The notes under the pieces were generated by a model. It was given only the letters and a program-made list of their open reading frames with translations. It was not told the DNA's origin and did no database searches. From the NCBI RefSeq assembly GCF_004010195.1, contig NC_057719.1:59620759-59684758 (forward strand): a stretch of DNA of 64,000 nt, written 5' to 3'. Of this stretch, positions 23,301-35,300 are shown one piece after another (position 1 is the stretch's first letter; the number at the start of each line of letters is the position of its first letter). The stretch is from Chiloscyllium plagiosum (taxonomy: Eukaryota). Made by a program: the position numbers and the translations under genes.

Positions 23301-26300
23301 CTTTGCAAGATCGAAGAAAATGGTTACTGTTCCACCAAATAAAACTCATAGATTTAGTTCATCTATTTTGGTTTCAATTAGAAAATGAGGCCTAAATTGT
23401 GTTTAGGCTATAGTTCAAGCTTCCTGTAAAATGTAATTTCACAATCACAAATGCAAACCTATTCATGAAACAGCACTTTCAGTCCATATAATGGAAAGTT
23501 CACCCAATTCTTCCAAAGAGTGACAGTCATTGTCTAGTTCTCAGTCCACTCCTGCTTCTGCCACTCTTTCACATTTTTGATTGGGTCTTCCAAACCTAGC
23601 TGCTTCAGAAATGTGAAAAAGATTTTATTAGTTCGTTTTGTTTTTTGGCATTCTTTTGTTTTTGTTATTTAGTCACTTATTTGAGTTCTTGACATAATGC
23701 ATTAAAATTTTTTTCCTGAACTTTACTTTGAAGTTTACAGTTGTCAAATCTTATCTTTCTAAATTTTCTCACTAACCCCACAAGTGGTAAAAAAAATTGA
23801 AATGTGGCCCCCTCCGTGTGAAAATGTTCCAAAACTAAATGATGCTCTTTGTCTGTTTAGTTTGTATTTTGGAGAATATTGGGTTAAAGGAATGTAACTT
23901 AGATTTTCAAAATGTAATAGGAAGAATTAAATTAATGGAATTAAATATGTAAAGAGGCCTTTATTTTCAGGGAAACATTTTTGAGTGGTCAATAAACTTG
24001 ATTTTACAGTTTGGTTTCCATTTTGAATTTACTTTTGTTTCTGACAATGTGTTTTTCATGGCTCCTACATGTGGACATCATACTTGAAATGCAAAAGCGA
24101 GATAACACTAAATGAACACAGTAACTAAACTTATATAAACTGAACTAAATATCATCTCAACAGATCCCACCAGCACCTCCGAAGCCTGACTTTGATGCTT
24201 CAAGAGATAAATTGCAGAAACTAGGCGAAGGAGAAGGATCAATGACCAAGGAAGAGTTCACAAAGATGAAGCAAGAACTTGAAGCGTGAGCATTCTACTT
24301 ATTGTGCTGTATAACGCAACCTGCACATTGTCTTGCAGTTCTTAATGGTGACTTTAAACGATTTTCTTGTTACAGAGAATACTTGGCTATATTTAAGAAA
24401 ACTGTTGCCATGCATGAGGTCTTTTTGTGTCGTGTTGCTGCACATCCAGTTCTTCGAAATGACTTAAACTTCCATATCTTCTTGGAATATAATCAAGATG
24501 TCAGTTGAGTTTATTTTTATAAGGTCTTTCTAAATGTAATATGTACATTGATGAGATTAGTTTTATTTACAAACTATCAAATTAGCAGTTAATGGAAAAA
24601 TGCCTTCTACTTCGTCTGTATTTTGACAGTGCTCATATATACTGTGTGCTCAATTGCTTTCTTTATTCTCTGCATTTTAAGTATTTGGTTTGCTTGGAAT
24701 GCACCTTCAGTGCACGTTGTTCAGTAATGGAAACAAATGAGGCATTTATCAGTGTTTTAAAAGGTTTGAGCTTTAGTACAATTTACACTGCATGAATGTT
24801 GTTTAGTTTGGATTAGATTAGACAGTATGGAATCAGGCCCTTTGGCGCAACAAGTCCACACTGACACTCCGAAGTGTAACCCACCCAGACCTATTCCCCT
24901 ACCCTTTATTTGCACCTCACACTATAAGCAATTTAGCATGGCCAATTCTCACCTGACCTGCACATCATGGATTTTGAGAGGAAACTGGAGCACCTGGAGG
25001 AAACCAATGCAGACACTGGGAGAATGTGCAAACTCCACACAGACAGTCGCCCGAGGCAGAAATTGAACCCGGGTGCTGTGAGGCAGCAGTGCTAACCATT
25101 GAGCCATGTCACCCCAAATATTGAAATATATCGAAAGTTTATGTTTTATTTTGTTGGCTATTTTGGGCAAATAGTTTTGGTGTCAGAACTTGATATGAAT
25201 AAGGACTTCTTTTTAATGGGCAGCAATCTCTAGCGATCTGAATCTGATCCCCAAGTATAAACATTTCACAGGACTTGACAGCTTTACCTAAGTTCAGAAT
25301 GGATAACTTTCTTCTTGAGCTAAATTACCTCTCTTTATTAAAGAATTGTGCTGTTGAATTAATAATCTTTTGTTAAAATTGAACAAATATAGTTGCAAAA
25401 CCTCTTGTTCTGATCACAATCAAGCTTAGCGTTGCAGACTGAGCTATTTATAAATTTTCAAATGTAGTCTATTCCTGTTAATTTACTGAAAATATTAGTT
25501 TGTAGAATTATGGTTGTAAGTTTGTTCGCTGAGCTGGTAGGTTTGTTCTCAGACATTTTGTCACCATGCTAGGTAACACCATCATTGAGCCTCTGATGAA
25601 ACGCTGATGTTCTGTCCTGCTTTCTATTTGTGTCTTGGACTGTTGTGGTAGGTGATATCATTTGTGGTTCTTTTTCTCAGAGGTAAATGGGATCCAAATC
25701 GATGTGTTTGCTGATGGAGTTCTGGTCTGAATGTCAGGCCTCCAGGAATTCCCCAGGCTAAATTTCTGCTTAGCCTGTCCTAGAATGGATGTATTGTTCT
25801 AGTCGAAGTGGTGTCCTTCTTCGTCTGTGTGTAAGGATACTGTGAGAGTTGGTTATGTCTTTTGGTGGCTAGTTGGTGCTCGTGTATCCTGGTGGCTAGT
25901 TTCCTGCCCCTCTGTCTGATTTAGTGTTTGTTGCAGTCATTGTAGAGTATTTTGGAAATGGCATTTGTTTTGCTGTTGGTTGATCCTTTAGGTTCATCAG
26001 TAGCTGTTTCAGTGTGTTGGTAGGTTTATGAGCTACCATGATGTCAAGGTGTCAAAGTAGTCTGATAGTCATCTGAGATGTCTTTGTATGGTAGTGTGGC
26101 TACAGTCTCTGGCTGTGTTGTGTCTTATTGTTTGGGTTTGTTGTTTAAGAATCGGCGGACTGTGTTTATCAGGTATTCGTTCTTGAATATGCTGTGTAGG
26201 TATTATTCTTCTGCTGCTAGTAGTTCCTGGGTGCTGCAGTGTTTAGTGGTCCGTTTAAATGCTGTCCTGATGCAGCTCTGTTTGTGGGTGTTGAGATGAT

Positions 26301-29300
26301 TGCGCCTGTAGTTGTGTATCTGGTCTGTGTGTGTTGCTTTCCTGTAGACACTGGTCTGTAGTTCTCTTGAGCTACAAATCTCAAAAATCGCAAACTCCTG
26401 TAGGCGCAATATGCTCAATCTAGCCCAAAGATGGGAAACCAACACCATCTGACTGAGCACCACCCACCAACAACTGTACTTCCCACATGAATGTCTCAGA
26501 AAGCAGGTATTACCAAAATGTGTCAAGTACAAACTACCCCTCAACACCCCACAAGCCAAAAGAATAGCAGAACAGAATGATTGTAGAATGTTGCGAGAAA
26601 TGATTAATAATGCCTAGAACCAACTCGACAAATACAAATGGGTAATTTCACACCAGAAAACTTTGTACACCAATGCAACTGACAGGAATGGAAAAGCGCA
26701 TTAGAACGAGCCATCAGCATCAAATAACAACAAACCAAGACAAAGAGAAAAACTATCCCCACAAGAAAAAGTGGACAAGCTTGCGCAAAAGAACAACACA
26801 GGCAATTCAGAAGCTTGGATTAAGAACCCGTCAGACTGACCACAAAAAGTTTGGAAAAAGCTGTCTTAGTAAGAGCAATGAACTACAACTACAGAGACAC
26901 CGACAAAAGGACTTCCAAGCAGCATTAGACTCAACCCTAAAAGACAAAGGACGTACATAAGAAACCCAGAAGACCATCAGACAGACAGTAGCATCAATGC
27001 TAAGCAGGAAGAAAGAAGGGAGCACCCTCAATACACAGAAAAGGAAAGCCCTAGAAGGACTCAGAGATATTGTAATCCTACTTGCAGACAAAGGGCGCAT
27101 GACTGTCATCTAAAACACAACACAGTTCATTGCAAAGGTGCTCTCAGATACTGACATCCACCAATGGGTGGCGATGGAGTCCACTCCACAGCTAGAAAGC
27201 CTTATCACAGTATTCACTGAAGAAACTTCACAAATTAGATTAAATTAATGATAGACTTTCAAAGAAAGAAACCTGATGGATCCGACACATCCCACTTCTA
27301 CAGAATGCTGAAGGTGCACAAACCTGGAGCCCCCCTCAGACCCATAGTCTTACTTCCCAGCACACCGATATACAGACAACAAAGGAACTTCACCGTAAAC
27401 TGAAATATTTAGAAGACTCATGCCACTCCATCCACTCCACCTAGGAATTCCTGAACATCACCAAAGACACCAAGATAGAAGAGGATGAAGTCATGGTCTC
27501 CTTCAACATAACAGCCCTATTCATATCAATTAACGTCAGCCTTGCCAAAGAAACACTGACCGCACTACTCGATGAACCAAGGAGACGAACACCAGATAGC
27601 ATCAACTCCATCACCAAGGACAGAATCCTCAAGCTAGTAGGTCTATCTCATTACCCACTTCACCTTCAATGACAAGACAGATAAACAAATCAACGGAACA
27701 CCCATGGGATCACCAATATCAGGATTCTTACCAGAAGCAGTGATACAGAGATTCAAACAAACAGCTCTCCCCACGATCCAACCCAAGTTTTGGGTCCACC
27801 ATGTGGATGACACCTTTGTCATCACGAAATGGAACAAATAAGAGGAATCCTACAATGTCATTAACAACAACCTTACTGGCGTATATTTCACCAAAGAGGA
27901 AGAGAACAACAACAGACCCCTCCCCCCCACTTCCTAAATGTCACAGTGGAATGAATAGGCAATGGAGAATGTAGACCAGCGTCTACAGGAAAGCAACGCA
28001 CACAGACCAGATACTCAACTACAGGAGCAATCGTCTCAACATCCACTAATGGAGCTGCATCAGGATATTATTTAAATGAACCACAATACACTGCAATACA
28101 ACCAGGAACTACAAGCAGCAGAAGAGAAATACCCACGCAGCGTAGTTAAGAACAATGGGTACCCAATATACACAGTCTGCCGATTATAAAGCAACAAACC
28201 CAAACAAGAAATCACAACATGCCCAGAGACTGTAGTCACACTATCAGACTACTTTGACACCTTGACATCATGGTAGGTCATAAACCTACCAACACACTGA
28301 AACAGCTACTGATGAACCTAAAGGACCAACCATCAGCAAAACAAACGTCATTTCCAAAGTACACTTCAAGGACTGCAACAAACACTACGTCGGACAGACA
28401 GGCAGGAATCTAGCCACCAGGATACACAAACACCAGCCAGCCAACAAAAGACATGATCAGCTATCACTAGTATCATTGCACATAGACGAAGAATGACACC
28501 ACTTTGTCTGGGACAACACATCCTTCCTCGGACAGGCTAAGCAGGAATTTAGCCTGGGAAATTCCTGGCCTGTCATTCAAACTGGAACTCCATCAATAAA
28601 CACATCGATTTGGTCCCCACTTACTAACCTCTAAGAAGAAGAACTGGAAATGATATCACCCACCTTAACAGGCCAAGACACACAAATAGAAAGTGGAACA
28701 GAACATCATTGCTTCACTGGAGGCTCACTGATGATATCTAGGATGGTGACAAAACATCTGAGAACAAACCTACCATTTCAGCAGTAAACTTACAACCTGA
28801 ACCTCAACCTGAGCTACAAATCTTGTCAAATTGTAGAATTATGTCTGATAAAACTAAAGTCGCAAGATTTCTCATTTTCTACTCCAGACACAATGGTTAT
28901 TATATATTCAGGGTAATGTTAAAAGAGATGTGAGCTTCTTAACTACATCGCACAAAGCTGGCCGAACATTGAAATGGTCAGAAACTGAGGGTCTGATGGT
29001 GGGTTTGCTCAACTTTTAGGGAAGAAAACCCCTTGGGGATATGTTTCCCTCTCCACCCAGTCAGCTTTTTAGAGAGGCCATTCCCTCCGTGATTTCCTTG
29101 TCAGATCCATGCCCCCCCAACCCATACCCCACTCCTGGCACCTTTCCCTGCCTCTGCAAGAAGTGCAAAACCTGTGCCCACACCTTCCCCCTCACCTCTG
29201 TCCAAGACCCCAAAGGATCCTTCCACTTCCGACAGAAATTTACCTATACTTCCATAACTGTCATCTACTGTATCCGTTGCACCCAATATGGCCTCCTCTG

Positions 29301-32300
29301 CATCGGAGAGATAGGACGCCAACTTGCGGATCATTTCATAGAACATTTGTGGGACATCCAACCAAATCCTCCACCCTGTGACTGAACACTTTAACTCCCC
29401 TCCCACTCCTCTAAGGATACGCAAGCCCTGGGCCACCTCTGTCGCCAAACTCTAACCACTCGAAGCCTGAAAGAAGAATGCCTCACCTTCCGCCTTGGAA
29501 CCCTGCAACCACACACGGTTAATGTGGATTTCACCAGTTTCCTCATTTCCCCTCCCCCTACCTTATCCCAGTCCCAAGCCTCCAACTCTGAACTGCCCTC
29601 TTGACCTGTCCATTGTCTTTTCCATCTATCTGCTCTATCCTCCTCTCTGATCTATCACCTTCTCTCCCAGCTTCATCCACCTATTGCATTCTCAGCCCCC
29701 TGGCCCACAAGCCTCCATCCCTGATGAAGGGCTTATGCCTGAAACATTGATTATCCTGCTCCTTGGATGCTGCCTGACCTGCTGTGCTTTTCCAGCACCT
29801 CTTGACTCAGCTTTTAGGGACTTGAGATAACCTGTTATAAAATTTATTGTTTCTTTTGCAACATGTCCAATTTCTGCTTGCTGATATCCAGTATAGTGGA
29901 GAGGATATAGAACTCATCATGAACAAATTAAATAATCCTCTGATAGCTGTAGCATTGTGTTTTGATCATTCACTATAATTTACTGTCATTATTTAAAAAT
30001 GTAATTTGGAAAAAATAATATGTATTTTCACCCTTATGGTTTTTTGTAATTCTCTTGGCTATAGAGAATAGTTGAGCTGCTTTCATTTCTAATTCATTTA
30101 TGGTAAATCAATGACAAATTGATCAAAATGACATGAAATTAATACCTGTGCTGATATTAATATGTTGTGCTGGATTGCACTCTTATTTTCAATTATACTG
30201 GGGCTGCAAGATATTGGGAACAAGGAGAGCAAAACTTGACCCCCTGTCAATCCTTATTTTGTAAACTGCCCTTTGTATGGTTTCAGTTGGGAAAATAATA
30301 GATTGTAAATGTTTGTTTAAAACCAAGATGTTAATTTGTATTATTTTTTGGGAAAATGCTTCAGTACATATTGTACCAACTAAGGTAATGTTTTTCTTTT
30401 GCATGTAAGCTGAGTATTCGTGGGAAAAATAAAAAGGAGAAATTGGAAGATTTCTTTAAGAACATGGTAAAGACAGCTGATGAAGTTCTTGTTGGAGGTG
30501 TTAAGGTGTGTTAATTTTCTTTATTTAAAGACCAAGAAAATTGATAAAACTGTTATAAAAAGATTAATCTGTATTATTGTCATGCTGTGTTGTAGTGAGT
30601 ATGTACTGTTGTTGTACATGTGATACCATATATCAGTGCTTTGCAGACTTGTTTCCCACTGTGACACTGTGTAGCTGCTTGAAAGTTTGTGCAACTCCAA
30701 ATTGAGCGTGGAGGGTGGGTGGGTGGGGGCGGGCAAGGTAAATTGAGAGTAGTAGAATCAAGGAACAGAATTGGTGGCATTGATCAAGTCTTGGAGATCA
30801 GTTCTTTAAGATATGCCCTCTAAGGCACAGGAAGTAAATAAAATCTGTCTGTACATTTCATGGGGCTATGAACCTTTTCAGCTGTTCTGCTCCACAGCCA
30901 CCATTTTGCGTTGGTGGGCCTTGAAACTGGATTGTAACCTGCGGTTTGGGAACTCTTTCCATTTATTACATCTAATATTTGCTTAACCTACATAATGAGC
31001 GTAGAAACCCACCCAAAGCAAAATGTATCAGAATTCCCATTTATCTAACTGTTTCTTGATTAATGTTTCTTTAATGCGTGTGAGAGGAATTTCTAGAAAG
31101 CACAGCAGAGATGAGGAGTAAAGCACTTCTGAAATAAAACTAGAATCAGACAAGAAAGCAGGAAATTTTCTTAAATAAGTAATACATATAGGAGAGGGAG
31201 TAAGTTGGCTGTAACTAAACCACCACCTTGATGTCCTAATTGTTATCACCAGCATCCTGAGAGAAAAAATGAGAGCAAAATCCATGTAAATCTATTCAGA
31301 GTCACAAAATCAGTTAGTTTTTGTTTTAAGTACCATATACCAATATAGAATTAGGGTGCTAAACTTATTGAGTTTACCAAGCTGTAGGTTGCTTGGAAAA
31401 GGGAGTGTAAATTTCATGTATTTTGTTTGCATCATTTCCAGTAAATGCCGTGGTGGATTTTCAAAATATATTTTCCTAATTGAGTTGTTAATGTGGTTTA
31501 AGAAAATTCTAATGTGGTCAATTTTAAAATATATGGAAACATCTGCTTTACTCAGTTGCGAGTCTCCTGGCAGGATGCCAACATGGATGTTTGCAAAATT
31601 ATCCAAAAAAAATGTTTGTTGGATAGCTACTAACCTAATTTTTTTTAAAAATTAGCTGCATTACTGATCCTTTACAAATACATGTTTTTTGGGGGAATTT
31701 TAACTATCTGAGCATAAACAGAATTACAGTTTGTGAATTAATATTTTTAATTTTAAACATTGAACACATATGTGTACAGGAGAGCCTCGATTATCCGAAC
31801 AAGATGGACGGGGAGTATTGTCACAAAGCTGGACCTTTTTTCTCAAAGCTGTTCCTTTTCTCAAGAATACTGTGTCCTTGATTTTTTTCTTGAAGGGTCG
31901 TAAAGCAGTCCAGCTCTGGATCAGCTGGGTTGGTACAAAGATGAAAAGGATATTGGGAGGCCCTTTTTGTTTATACGTAAGCAAGTGAGACTTTAGGCCA
32001 CAGCTTTCATATATTAGAAGTAACCTGTATAATGAAAGGGGGAGTGGTCAGTCCTGAAAGCTGAAGTCTTGTTTGAGTCAGTTCAGCAGTGGGCTGTGTG
32101 GAAACAGGCTGCTAGACACTCCCTCCTTCTGCCCTTCTAACTTTGACCTGTAAGCCTCTGTTTCATTTTTACTGTTTTTAAGGAGTTTGTTTATTGGGAC
32201 TGTTGTGCATATTCGGGACAGCATAATTAAGTCTAGGTTGGATAGACTGAGTTCTGAGGGTATTCTTTATTCTATTCTTTGTGTTTCATTCCGTAATTTT

Positions 32301-35300
32301 GTGAATAAATTTTTGTCTTGTTTTAAAACCTGGTAGTCAACCTAGCTAACGTACTCTGGGTAATTTTCACTGTACACTTACCAAAACAAATTGCAAAGTT
32401 ACGGCCTGAGCTGCCTGCTTAAGAATGTTTTGAGTGGTCTGGCCTAGTTCATAACAGTATTTTGTTCAGATAATTGTTCGGATAATCGCTCTGATCGTAA
32501 ACAAGTGGTAATTTATGAGTGCCAGTTATCCGAACATTTCTCGATTATCCGGCAATGCATGCCATAACTGATAACTGAATGCTGAGTTGCCTAATGCCAT
32601 TTTTAAGGGACCTTGAGATCTTGTTCGGATAATCGAAATGTGGATAATTGATGTTCAGGTAATCGAGGTTGTACTTTATTCACGCTTATCAATATATCCA
32701 AGCTTGTTTCTTGCCAGAAGATTGCTTTAGGTCTGTTGTCTCTTTTTTTTAGTGGAAATATTACTCCAGGCCTTTTGAAGATATTTATCTGTGAGGTAGC
32801 TGCTGCATATAATGAAGATATACTACAATAGACTAGGAAAAAAAGCAAGAAAGAGAATTTAGCTACATTTTAAGGTTTGACTAAAAGGTCTAAATTATAA
32901 ATTCAAATTCATATGGAAATTGAATAGATATAAATGTCTGAGTTTACCATATCATCAAATGAAATCATGTAACTAGTTAATTAAACTACATTCTGCATTA
33001 GTGTTGTTGCGACATAAACTTGATATTTGCTTAGTAGACTTTTTACGTTTTCTAAATTTTTAACTGCAATTGGAAAGCATTTTCACCTCTACCTCAACAT
33101 CACCCCGATGTTTTCAAACTCCAAATAATTTCTTCTTCACTATGTTCTGTCCTTGCTAATTTATGTTAACTCTGTATTCCCCAGAATATTCCATTTAAAA
33201 TTGTAATAACTTTAGCAATCCTTCCACCACCTTGTACCTGGCTTATTTCTTGGTTCCTGTTTCCCATTTCTCTGAATCTAGTAAATCTCTGTATTTTGCT
33301 ATTATCCCTTTCTCAGTTGGCTCAGAATCCACTACTTAGTCAAAAATTTTGATCACTTTCCAATTATTTTCATTTGACTTTCCAGCTTCTTTGGTGTGAA
33401 GGATTTCCAGATTGATTTTACCTATCTACATAATGAGAAAATTGAAACCTATAAATGTCACATCATTATCAATTTTTAACAAAAAACAAATCTGCTGATT
33501 ATCCACTTGCAGTTGCATAAAGGAAAATTTGTTAGGATACATCTAACCAGAAATGACAATATGGCAACCATTGATTAGCTGACTAAGATTAGCTATTATT
33601 TTGATTTAGATCTGAGACCATAGAAGTACTCTAGCAAGTACATAAGAATTGACTTGCTGTTTAAGCAAACCAAGTTTTTGAATTATGCATTAAGTTGTTT
33701 TTAAACTAGCTGCAAAATATTTTTAGGATGTTGATGATTTCTTCGAACACGAGAAAACTTTTCTTCTTGAATATAATAACAGAATAAAGGATGCAGCAGT
33801 CAAGGCTGACAAATTGACAAAATCACACAAGAGTAAGTCTTTTTTTTGTTCTAAAGCTTTGAATGTGAAGCAAAACTATTGATACATTTAAAATATGTGA
33901 ACCAAAATTTTTTTGTAGTTTTTTATTTGTTTCTGTGGGGCTAGTACATAAATCAATAGAAAAATGTAGAGACTGAGTATTTTTTGGAAAAATAATTTAG
34001 TTTGTCTAGTTACTCAAATAATAATAATTGCAATTTTAAATAGTCATTTATTCAGTTCAGAATGATGGAACACATTAATCCTTTTTTTAAAAAAATGAAT
34101 AGCTGATCAACCCATAGAAGTAGTTATGATGGTATTGTTGACTAGCACAGAGATACTGAAGCATAAATCAGTATTGTGGTGGGAAGGTTTAGTTGAAAGT
34201 GAAAAAGAAAGTTCAAGATTGGGAAAGGAATTGAAAGTCAAAAGGGAAGATAGAAAGAGGAACTAAGACTCGGGTGACTTTGATGTAATAACTGGGGTTG
34301 AAGGGAAAGGCTACACACAATACACAAGCAGGCATTTTGAACAGTTACTGAGAAACCATTTCTTCTACTTTTATGTAAAATATCTTACTGTAGTACACTA
34401 CATGCTTTTGCTTTTCAGATGTGGCAGATGACAATAGTAGAATTAGTTCAACATTGCATACACTAGGAACTCAAGACTCAACAGATCTGTGCAAGTAAGA
34501 TTTACAATATTTTTTTCTAGATATTTCATTTTACTTTTAGTGTCACTTGAATTATGAAATAGGAGATTTCATGATGGTTTGTTGGTCTTGATGGAATATT
34601 AAGTCTTAAATTTGGAAAGTGTTATCTTTGATTTCTGTATTTTGTTCACTTCAGTATTATGCTCACTTCAGTTGAGACCATGATGTGGAGATGCTGGTGT
34701 TGGGCTGGGGTGGACAAGGTCAAAAGTCACACGACACCAGGTTATAGTCCAGCAGATTTATTTGAAATCACAAGCTTTTGGAGGACTGCTCCTTCATCAC
34801 GTGAAGTGAAGAGTGTATCCAGGACAGACTTTATAATCAGAGAGATTAGAAAAACCATACAGTGGTATGAGTGGTTTGTATGATCTTTTCATCTCTCATA
34901 ATTATAAAGTCCTGTGCCTGGGTGCTCTCTTCTCTTCACCTAACAAAGAGGCAGCGGTCCAAAAGCTCGTGATTTCAGATAAACCTGTTGGACTATAATC
35001 TGGTGCTGTGTGGCTTCAGTTGGTGCAACAGTTGAATTATTGGCTTTGCTGTCTCTGTATAGTGGGGAGAAAAATACCAGCCTGTTATTGATGCCCATTG
35101 TTGTTTTTGTACTGACTCGTTAGAAACATCATGTGATCAGAATAGAATCTGCTTTGGTTATGATGAAATAGTCAATTGATAAGTCATTGCCACACATGAA
35201 GAAAGATCACCTGAGTGAGGTGACGGGGTACTACTGGTGTCTGTGGAGATGGATTTAAGAGAGAACGGGGTAGAAATTAAGATTAGAGTGTTTCTTTATA

